A DNA stretch of 64,000 nucleotides. Origin: Thermodesulfobacteriota bacterium (GTDB lineage: Bacteria; Desulfobacterota; Desulfarculia; JACQYL01). The stretch covers positions 4,352,001-4,416,000 of the forward strand of contig CAXXLZ010000002.1 of assembly GCA_963675595.2 (NCBI GenBank), written 5' to 3'. Positions 56,221 to 64,000 of this stretch are shown here, piece after piece (the stretch's first letter is position 1; each line of letters begins with the position of its first letter). A model generated the notes under the pieces. The model was not told the DNA's origin, searched no databases, and worked only from the letters and a program-made list of their open reading frames with translations. A program made the translations under genes and the position numbers.

Positions 56221-57306
56221 GTGACTTCCGTCATCGGCATCGGGGATCCGTACGCCCTGACCCCAAGGATTCGCGCCGAGCAGACAGGCGACGGATTTGC
56301 GGCGGATTTGGATACAGCCCAAACGGACGCCCTGTTACAGACGACGAAGCAGTATGACAGATGGAGGGATTTGCGTCAAAAGAATCCCGAGAGCGCCAAA
56401 ATCGTGGCGGATCTGGTGGTCCGCCGTCACGCCCTTCTCGAAGAGGCGCGGGCGGGAAAGCCGGTGAATGCGGGGAAGTTCGATGAACTGACCGGCCGAT
56501 TAAGGCGCCATGGAATTTTTCTGTACAGAACCGATCAGTTCACGGAACCCGTATTTCAAGGGAAACAACCTCGAATTGCGACTTCCGCTCCGGATTATGC
56601 CGGAAGTAAGGTTGGTCTAAGCCTTCCTTATCCCCTCTCCTCAACGATTCCTTTGGAACTCTCCGCTTTTTCCCCCGAGTCCGGGGAGAATTCAACTCCG
56701 CTTCCCAACGATCCGGAACTCCAAGACAGACTCGTTCGATTGGCGCGTGAAAACTACCTCGGCGTTCGGTCGAATGAAAAAGACTGCTACAATTTCTTGG
56801 TGGAGGTACTGGAGGATTCGGGGATATCCTACTATGGGAGTAACGGAATTCGGGAGCGTCTGGTAAATCGGGCCGCACAAGACGGTGTGAGTCCTTATCG
56901 TTATCTGACCGGCGAGGACCTGACCTCCCAGCTCTGCAGCAATCCTTTTCGGCTGCACGTACCCAAAGGGAGCGGGGACAAAGCCTCCCAAGTGTGGCGG
57001 CGTCTGGCTCCGGGGCTGGCTCACGGCGCTCTTCTGTCCATATCTTCCCAGGAATTCGGACACACCGGCATTGTGGCCCGCAAGGACGGCCGATGGACGT
57101 TTCTCAACTCCGCGCGGACGGCCGCGAATGGGAAGCGCGGCTATTTGGTGAAGGAAGAGGAATTGAGGAGTGAGCTTCAAGGATGGCTGGACCGGGCCGG
57201 AAGACGCGATTCCTTTTTGGACATCACTTTGGGTGTTCCTGAACAGCGACAGGCTCTCCGGTTCGGTCCGCCGGAAGGTTCAAAAGGGTTGACAGCCTCG
57301 ACTTGA
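56221..57306 (+). CDS. Hypothetical protein with putative C-terminal NlpC/P60/CHAP-like cysteine amidase domain
   Basis: Strong RBS; YLG....DCYNFL...L...GI and GHTGIV....W.FLNS motifs. Confidence 0.6.
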   Translation: MTSVIGIGDPYALTPRIRAEQTGDGFAADLDTAQTDALLQTTKQYDRWRDLRQKNPESAKIVADLVVRRHALLEEARAGKPVNAGKFDELTGRLRRHGIFLYRTDQFTEPVFQGKQPRIATSAPDYAGSKVGLSLPYPLSSTIPLELSAFSPESGENSTPLPNDPELQDRLVRLARENYLGVRSNEKDCYNFLVEVLEDSGISYYGSNGIRERLVNRAAQDGVSPYRYLTGEDLTSQLCSNPFRLHVPKGSGDKASQVWRRLAPGLAHGALLSISSQEFGHTGIVARKDGRWTFLNSARTAANGKRGYLVKEEELRSELQGWLDRAGRRDSFLDITLGVPEQRQALRFGPPEGSKGLTAST

Positions 57307-57366
57307 GATTCTTAGGTTAATCGGGTGCCGATGCCCCGACAGGCCGGCAAATTCTAATGAGGAGAG

Positions 57367-57699
57367 TTGAACAACATGGACATCCCGGAAGAGCACAAAG
57401 AATTACTGCGGAAGCTGGGAATCGGAGACGACGATTTTCGCCTGTTCGACGGAGTCAAGGTAAGTTACGAATTCGATCCGGACAGAGGGGTCCGTTTGTA
57501 CGATCCTGCATACCGGACTTCCTATGGGGGCTACATAGAGCTGGAAGGGTGGTCCTCCTGGAGCAGCGAAGACGACCGATTTATGGAGGAGCTTTTTCCG
57601 GACGGGTTGCCGGGTCGGCCTTCCGATAAAGAGATGACCGTGAGTCGAGAGGAGGCCGAACGACTGATAAAGGAGTTCCGTGACAAACAAGCCAAATGA
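57367..57699 (+). CDS. Hypothetical acidic protein
   Basis: GAGGAG RBS; stop overlaps the next start (ATGA). Confidence 0.7.
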   Translation: MNNMDIPEEHKELLRKLGIGDDDFRLFDGVKVSYEFDPDRGVRLYDPAYRTSYGGYIELEGWSSWSSEDDRFMEELFPDGLPGRPSDKEMTVSREEAERLIKEFRDKQAK

Positions 57700-58106
57700 G
57701 GGAGCCCGTGGACCAAAGAGTTCGGATTTTGCTGGACAAGGCTTTTCGTGTGGTGCCGGGAGGCGAATACAACGAAGTGCGGCGGCAACTCGTTTCGGAT
57801 CCGGAAAAGCCCGGCATGGTATGCGAGGCGGTGGTTCCGGATGGAGGGTGGGAGAAGCTCAAAGAAGCCGTTTATCCCGCCCAGTGTCGCTATCTGAAAG
57901 TCAAAGGAGTCGATCCCGCGAACCCGGGAGATACGGTGGTGGCCCTGTTCCACGAGGATTCGTTCCACCTGGTTCGAGGCGGGGATTTCATCACGGCCTT
58001 CTTGGAGATTGAGGGAATCGATCCGGCGACCTTCCGCAATATCCTGAGCGGTTGGCTTGATCCGGACAAAGCGGTTCTTGGGTCAAAAATAGAGCTTCTG
58101 GCGTGA
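57696..58106 (+). CDS. Hypothetical protein
   Basis: 136-aa ORF translationally coupled to the previous gene. Confidence 0.7.
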   Translation: MREPVDQRVRILLDKAFRVVPGGEYNEVRRQLVSDPEKPGMVCEAVVPDGGWEKLKEAVYPAQCRYLKVKGVDPANPGDTVVALFHEDSFHLVRGGDFITAFLEIEGIDPATFRNILSGWLDPDKAVLGSKIELLA

Positions 58107-58176
58107 AAGGGTCAATCCCCCCTTCCCGGAGACCCGCAGGCAGGCGGTCCCCGGGAAACCCTACAAGAATACACGG

Positions 58177-58470
58177 TCAGCGATCGGACTCGTCGATGAT
58201 TTCCTGAGTGCCCATCCTCTGCCCGGTCATAGGATCAATCCATCCCCTGGAAGGCCTTGTTTTTATTCGGCTCTTATCGATGGCGGTGCCGCTGTAAGGG
58301 TCCACGACGCGCACCGAGTCTTTCTTCAGCGTTCTTTTGGGAACACCCATAGTCATTCCCGTGTAAGGATCCACCGTTTCCGGGCTTCCCGCCCAAACCG
58401 ACTCCAAGGCCGGTGAGCACAGGAGGATTCCCGAACAAAGAGCAATCTGCACGGCTTTTCGAGTATTCAT
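58177..58470 (-). CDS. Small exported protein with three DP(Y/M)(T/S)G motifs
   Basis: AAGGAG RBS, signal peptide ending VWA, VDPYTG/VDPYSG/IDPMTG. Confidence 0.65.
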   Translation of the reverse strand: MNTRKAVQIALCSGILLCSPALESVWAGSPETVDPYTGMTMGVPKRTLKKDSVRVVDPYSGTAIDKSRIKTRPSRGWIDPMTGQRMGTQEIIDESDR

Positions 58471-58873
58471 CGTTCTCCTTTCTCATTTATATTTTCCTAC
58501 GGCCGGCTCGGGAAAAAGGCTCTATTACGCTTCTTGAATAAAGCGCTTTCTTCACCCCGCCACTGAGCGTGGTTGCGGTCGACCGTCGGTTTGGTGCCGA
58601 TTGAGCATGTCCGCTCTCATTTGGTATAGATAGAAGTTCATGGGAAAAGTTACGCCTCTTTACATTAATATGGATTTGATGGTTCATTTACAACCGGGCC
58701 GAAGAAATTGTGGGGGGATCCCGGGGGGGGCCGGATCTATTCCGCAGCCGGATATCCGACCTTACCGTTCCGTTTCGGCCCAAAGATCATACGGATAGGA
58801 GCCGGGGCCGCACGGGTCGGCACGGGGCCCCTTATCTCAACCATAACAACTTACGTAATGGAGAAGTTCGGCC

Positions 58874-59599
58874 ATGGCGAAACTTGGACTTGCGGCGGGA
58901 ACCGTACTATTCGGATTGAACCGGTTTTTGGATGCGGAAGAGGTTCGTATCGAGACTTCCTTCGGCGAGGCCGTGGTTTTCGTAGGGGAGGACTTCGCGT
59001 TCATTCCTCGCCACGGGAAAGAAGGAGACGAATACATCATGCCGCACCTGATTAATCACGCGGCCAACCTCACGGCTCTAAAGCAGGTTGGAGCCGATTC
59101 CGTGCTGGGAATCTACTCCACGGGCAGCCTGCTTCGATCCCTGGTACCTGGGACCATCGTGGTCCCCGACGATTTCATCGCATTGTACGACGTTCCGTCG
59201 GCCGTCTTGGGGGAGGAAAAACACATTACGCCGGCCATGAGTTCCGAACTTAGAACCGGGGTCATTCAAGCGGGGCGGAACGCAGGAGTCGAGATTCGGG
59301 ACGGAGGAGTCTACTGGCAGAACACGGGCCCCAGGCTGGAGACCAAGGCGGAGATTCGAATGATGGCCCAATTCGCACAGCTTGTGGGCATGACCATGGC
59401 GGGGGAAGCCACTGTCGCCATGGAAATCGGTCTTCCTTTTGCCGCCCTGTGTTCCGTGGACAACTACGCGAACGGGCTCACCTCACAGCCTCTTTCCGAG
59501 GCCGCGATCCGGGAGGGGGCCGCCAAAAACGCGGAAATCATGCTTCGGGTGGTGGACGAGTTCATGGCGATTCGCAGGAAAGGGGAGGAAGTCCGGTAG
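58874..59599 (+). CDS. 5'-methylthioadenosine/methylthioinosine phosphorylase (MTAP family)
   Basis: FIPRHG, NH.AN..AL, GPRLET.AEI, VGMT, VDNYANG. Confidence 0.9.
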   Translation: MAKLGLAAGTVLFGLNRFLDAEEVRIETSFGEAVVFVGEDFAFIPRHGKEGDEYIMPHLINHAANLTALKQVGADSVLGIYSTGSLLRSLVPGTIVVPDDFIALYDVPSAVLGEEKHITPAMSSELRTGVIQAGRNAGVEIRDGGVYWQNTGPRLETKAEIRMMAQFAQLVGMTMAGEATVAMEIGLPFAALCSVDNYANGLTSQPLSEAAIREGAAKNAEIMLRVVDEFMAIRRKGEEVR

Positions 59600-59711
59600 T
59601 TCTCGCAGGCGGGCGGACGTGACGGGGCTCTGCATACGACATGAAATCCTTACGGGGATTTTCGAGGTCCCGGAAAGAGGTTCCTTCCATGGGCTCGAGT
59701 TGGGATCTCGG

Positions 59712-60395
59712 TCAGCCTCGGGAGGTGGTTTCTTTGTGCGCGGATGTGGGTGCCGGCGTTTCGGGAACAAATTTCGCGAGCACTTCTCGATAGCACACCA
59801 CCGCCCAGATCAGGAACGGAAACAGCTGGGCGCGAAAGTGTTGGAACAGGATGAAGAACCAGCGCGTGATCGCGGCGTCGGCGTATCCGAACCGCATGTT
59901 CAAGGCGGCCGCATACCAGGTCATGTAGTAGGTTCTGATTTCCACCACGATATTGAACACATGGGTCAGGAACAGAACGGCGCAGGACAGTGCGAGGTAT
60001 CGAAAACGTCGACGTAGGGTAAGGCCCGGGGTGGCGAGGATGAGCGCCAAGGTCAGCGGAACGTTGGATGATATCAAGGAAGCTGAAATGACGGGGGTCG
60101 AGGCCCCCGGTTTCCAGACGACTTCCGAAGGCTTCAACATCATGCCCCACCCTTCGAGGGCCAGATCCACCGGATGTGCCGAAAAAATCAGATTAAAGGC
60201 GCCTTGGCCGGCGAACCGGAGGAACCTCCAATAGGTTTCCTGAAAAGGGGCGAGCAATACGACCAGAACGGCGTATGCCAGACCGATCCTAAGCAGAAAC
60301 CACAGTGCGTCCCGCAGTCGTCGGGTCCAAGGCCCAACGGGCCCAGAGGAGCCACATGACGACCGCGCACGCGATGACCAGGGATTGAGCGACAT
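59712..60395 (-). CDS. Exosortase-associated multi-pass membrane protein
   Basis: Hydrophobic ORF with N.PL..AL.LATP motif directly downstream of the exosortase; start unclear. Confidence 0.6.
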   Translation of the reverse strand: MSLNPWSSRARSSCGSSGPVGPWTRRLRDALWFLLRIGLAYAVLVVLLAPFQETYWRFLRFAGQGAFNLIFSAHPVDLALEGWGMMLKPSEVVWKPGASTPVISASLISSNVPLTLALILATPGLTLRRRFRYLALSCAVLFLTHVFNIVVEIRTYYMTWYAAALNMRFGYADAAITRWFFILFQHFRAQLFPFLIWAVVCYREVLAKFVPETPAPTSAHKETTSRG

Positions 60396-60825
60396 AAATA
60401 TGGGTCTGGTAAAACACGTCCGGGAGGTACAGAGCCACGAAAACGAGAAGGAGAATGCGGCCCACGTTGATCGTCCAAATCACCGCGGCCCCTATGAGCA
60501 TGCCGGCGATTTTTCGACGGAAAGGCGAAGGGAAAGCCAGCACCGCCGACAGGTAGATAATGAACGCTATCACTCCGTTACATTCGTGAGATATCCGGAG
60601 GTGCAGAGAAGGGGCCTTCAGATCGGCGCCGTCGATTTCAACCGGGATCGAGAACAGCTTCACCACACCCGTTACGGTCTTGACCACACTGTCCGTGACG
60701 GGGCCCGCGATGTCCACCCGACGAAGCACGACGTCAAAGGTGGTCAGGCTGTAAAAAAGCGAGACCCAGGCGATAAACACGAGACAGAATTTGAAAGCTG
60801 CCCGCCGACGCGGGGAAAATTTCAT
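60289..60825 (-). CDS. Exosortase/archaeosortase family protein (XrtH-like)
   Basis: Catalytic Cys (ECNG), Arg (IN.GRI) and His (THIY) in a short multi-TM protein. Confidence 0.85.
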   Translation of the reverse strand: MKFSPRRRAAFKFCLVFIAWVSLFYSLTTFDVVLRRVDIAGPVTDSVVKTVTGVVKLFSIPVEIDGADLKAPSLHLRISHECNGVIAFIIYLSAVLAFPSPFRRKIAGMLIGAAVIWTINVGRILLLVFVALYLPDVFYQTHIYVAQSLVIACAVVMWLLWARWALDPTTAGRTVVSA

Positions 60826-61219
60826 AACGGGGGCCTTTGGCCGTAACTCCGACCACCATCAGGGTGTTGAAAAACGCGATCCGCGGCGTTGAGCTTCATC
60901 CCTTGTTACTGCGACGTGTTTCTATCTGCGCCTCGGGATTTACGCGCCCTGCCTCTCATGGGTTTTCACCGGCCTGCTGAATCTCCCGGCACTTCGAAAC
61001 GACGAACGAACTGCGCGAGCGATATGCGGGCCCTCCAAAAATCGACCCGCGCGCATCAAAAAGATACGGTCCTATGCACCACATCGATTACTTGCCCGAA
61101 GGAGAATGCCGCGCGTGGGGAAATAGTGTCAGATGCGGGGCCCGGTGTCAAATCACGGATGAGCCGAGTCTTCGAAAACCGCGCGACAAAGAATCCTCGA
61201 AGACTCTCCATTTGATCGT

Positions 61220-62818
61220 TCAGCCGCCGACCAGGAATCGTTCTACGGGATCCAGCGGAATTTTGTACGCGAACAGGTTGATATACGACTGCGGTGTGAA
61301 GTTCAGCTTCCGTTCCACGTACGGGTCGTTGAGAGAAAAATACCGAACCACGGCCCCGGAGGGCGGGTCGGCCTGCTCCACGATGGACCGAGAGGTGTTG
61401 CCGGACAGGAATATCCAGATCTCTTGGGCATCCGCTACCGTCTCCGTCACTTCATTAGGAGTGGTTTCCGTAGTAATATAAAGTCGTCTTCCTTGAAGAG
61501 CCGGAAGGATTTTGTAGAAGCGTTCCACGTCGGACAGGACGGCGAGCCTTCCCTGCGGGACCGCCGGGAATTGCACAGCGTCCGGATTGGTCTCCAGAGC
61601 CTCCCACATGATTTCATCGCTGAAGGAGACATCTCGCGGGCGCCTGAGGTTCTGGCTCAGTTGATCCTCGGGCAGACCATACCATCGGCAGCGCTTCTTG
61701 TGCAGCAATACTCTTCGAACCGATTCATCGATGCGATCCATGGGCAGTTCTCCGTCCTCGGCCGCCCGAGTCACCGATTCCACGATTTCCTCGAAAGTGA
61801 AGGGGCAGGGAAGGTTGTCGGAAAACAGCAGCAGGTCGCAGCCGGAACGGATCATGCGCACCGCCAGTGAGGGCAGGTGAAAATGGTCCGACAAGGCCTT
61901 CATCTCAATTGCGTCGCTGACGATCACCCCCTGGAATCCGATCTCCTCTCGCAGCAGACCCTGAAGGACGGCCTCCGATGCGGTGGCCGGATATTGAGGA
62001 TCGATTTCCGGGAACAAGATGTGGGCGGTCATGACGAAATCCACGCCGGCGTCCACCGCGGCTCGGAAGGGGACCAGTTCCACGGCCCGAAGCTCTTCCA
62101 GGCTTTTGTAGATCACGGGTAGTTCCAGATGGGAATCCGTGGCCGTGTCGCCGTGGCCGGGAAAGTGTTTGGCACATGGAAGAATTCCCGCTTCCTGGTA
62201 ACCCGCGACCGAGGCGGAAACCATCTCCGCCACGAGATCGGGGTCTTCGCCGAAACTGCGGCTTCCGATGATCGGATTGTCCGGATTGCTGTTGACGTCG
62301 GAAACCGGGGCCAAGTTGACCTGGATTCCCAATACACTCAACTCGCGGCCCGTGATGCGCGAGGCTCTGCGGGTTTTGTACGGGTCTCCGATCTTTCCCA
62401 AAGCGTAGTTTCCCGGAAAGAGGGTCACTCCTTCCTCGAGACGCTGAACGCGCCCCTGTTCCTGGTCGATATAGAATAGGACGGGGATGGCCAAACCCTC
62501 GTCAAGGGCCCGATCCTGCACCGCCTTGGTCAGGCGGACCGTGGAAATCGGGTCGGGAGTGTTCTTGGAGAAGAGAACGAATCCGCCCACGTTCAGTTCA
62601 TGGATTCGGCGGACGGTCCCGGCGTCGAGTTCCGTTCCGGGAATGCCCACCACGAAGAGTTGGCCGATCTTCTGTCTCAGGGTCATGCGCTCCAGTACCT
62701 GTTCAACGGTCAGTCCCGTGAAATTGGTTCGCGAGTCGTCCCCGCAGGCCGCGAGGAAAAGGGATGCGGAAAGCAGGATGCAAACCGGGATAAACCGGAC
62801 AAGAAGACGGGAAAACAT
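61220..62818 (-). CDS. nagZ: Beta-N-acetylhexosaminidase, GH3, lipoprotein
   Basis: LAAC lipobox, IDQEQG.V.R, KHFPGHG....DSH, VMTAH, SDAIEM. Confidence 0.85.
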   Translation of the reverse strand: MFSRLLVRFIPVCILLSASLFLAACGDDSRTNFTGLTVEQVLERMTLRQKIGQLFVVGIPGTELDAGTVRRIHELNVGGFVLFSKNTPDPISTVRLTKAVQDRALDEGLAIPVLFYIDQEQGRVQRLEEGVTLFPGNYALGKIGDPYKTRRASRITGRELSVLGIQVNLAPVSDVNSNPDNPIIGSRSFGEDPDLVAEMVSASVAGYQEAGILPCAKHFPGHGDTATDSHLELPVIYKSLEELRAVELVPFRAAVDAGVDFVMTAHILFPEIDPQYPATASEAVLQGLLREEIGFQGVIVSDAIEMKALSDHFHLPSLAVRMIRSGCDLLLFSDNLPCPFTFEEIVESVTRAAEDGELPMDRIDESVRRVLLHKKRCRWYGLPEDQLSQNLRRPRDVSFSDEIMWEALETNPDAVQFPAVPQGRLAVLSDVERFYKILPALQGRRLYITTETTPNEVTETVADAQEIWIFLSGNTSRSIVEQADPPSGAVVRYFSLNDPYVERKLNFTPQSYINLFAYKIPLDPVERFLVGG

Positions 62819-63000
62819 GGGGGCTCCGGAATTGGTTGAAGAGAATGTGCAAGGCGTAAGCTCTCGACGAATGTATTCCTCATGGTCGAAGGGAACAAGT
62901 GGTTTGTTGAGAGATGATCGGCACCGGAAGCTTCCGGCTTGAGTGCCGCGAGGCAAGGCGTGAGTCGCCAAGCGTCCTGGGGATGCAGCTGATGGAGAAT

Positions 63001-63909
63001 TATAGCGTTTGTCAGAAATACGTTCCCTATTGGGCGGACTTTGTGCATAAGCGAATCTATACTTTTGTGATAGTGTGTGCCATTAGGATGGTGGGATGGT
63101 GCGACGACTGCTGGAACCCGATGCGGAGAACGGGACCCGCTCCGAACTCAAGGAGGCGGGCCGCGTGGGCTCCAATGAGACGGCTTTGAGGTGCACGGCC
63201 GGCCGGATGCTTCTAACGGGCATATCAGCGACAGCTACCATATCCAATGCAGTTATGCGACGGTCGTTCGGTTCTTCCATAAAGGCGGCTTCGCCCTGAA
63301 AACGCCTTAACCTTGGCCGGACCGTCAGGATGAAGCGCAACAAGAAGCTTTTCGAAGTCAAATAGCCGAACTTCTTGAGGACCCGGACGTGGACGTCTGG
63401 TTTGCCGATGAATCCGGATTTGAAGGAGACCCCAGACCCAGACGCCGCTGGGATCAAAAAGGAAACAAAACCCGGATCACCAAGAACGGAGACCACCTCC
63501 GGATGAACGTGATGGGCATGGTCTGCCCTCGATTCGGCGAATCTTTTGCCATCGACACCTCACATTCCGATTCGGAGACGTTCCAGGCTTTCCTGGATGA
63601 GGCTGAACGGTTTGTCCCTTTACAGCGCCGCCGCAACGTTTTGGTTCCGGATGACGCCGCCCGGCATCGAAAACGGTCCATCAAGCGGCATGGATGGGAG
63701 CTTCTATTCCTACCCCCTTACTCACCGGACCTCAATCCCATCGAACGAATATGGCTCACCATGAAAGCCGAGTGGTTCAACAACCATGTCTCCAAGACCG
63801 TTGAAAATCTCCTCGAAAGGCTGGATCAAGCCATTCTCGATGTCATAAACCACCCCGATCGAGTCAAGCAGACCGCCGAAATCGGAATGTTATTTTGTAA
63901 ACCGCTATA
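63001..63909 (+). mobile_element. IS630-family insertion sequence, degenerate
   Basis: Imperfect terminal IRs TATAGCGTTT.../...AAACCGCTATA with TA duplication; about 0.9 kb. Confidence 0.85.
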
Positions 63910-63910
63910 G
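63096..63910 (+). pseudogene. IS630 transposase, disrupted
   Basis: DDE region WFADESGF, LPPYSPDLNPIERIW intact at 63389-63910, but the N-terminal part lies in a separate short frame ending at 63299; usual DNA motif reads DDA. Confidence 0.8.
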
Positions 63911-63940
63911 ACTCTAGTCGAAAATCTGGGAGGATGGAAT

Positions 63941-64000
63941 ATGGCACCATTGTTCCGATCGATTCATGCGATTGTCTTCTCGGCGCTGCTGGCGGTGCTC
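63941..64000 (+). CDS. Start of a probable exported protein (3' truncated)
   Basis: GGGAGG RBS then MAPLFRSIHAIVFSALLAVL. Confidence 0.5.
   Translation, partial: MAPLFRSIHAIVFSALLAVL

Overview
GC-rich bacterial chromosomal window; gene content suggests an anaerobic Desulfobacterota/deltaproteobacterium (inference). Left to right: 3' end of a repeat-containing exported protein; a LolA-like + 2 permease + ATPase ABC cluster; a TPP-riboswitch-controlled thiF-thiG-thiH-thiS-thiE operon; a large TPR lipoprotein; SAM/cobalamin-related genes (DUF62 SAM hydrolase family, cobO, metK, ahcY); fabH, trpS, recN; a complete type I-E CRISPR-Cas locus on the minus strand (cas3-cas8e-cas11-cas7-cas5-cas6e-cas1-cas2) with a 100-repeat/99-spacer array; a DNRLRE + C-type-lectin surface protein; an MCP, HtrA, ftsH and a UvrD-like helicase; a probable sigma54-driven NlpC/P60-like gene with two unknown neighbours; an exosortase pair; a GH3 hexosaminidase; and a decayed IS630. 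The most interesting signals are (i) relationships among spacers (one exact reverse-complement pair, one locus hit three times in different variants, a PAM inferable as AAY), (ii) a ~750 bp intergenic region before metK with two divergent structured RNA candidates that I could not match to a known family, and (iii) the sigma54/NlpC-P60-like cassette. All counts and alignments were done by eye; no database searches were run.
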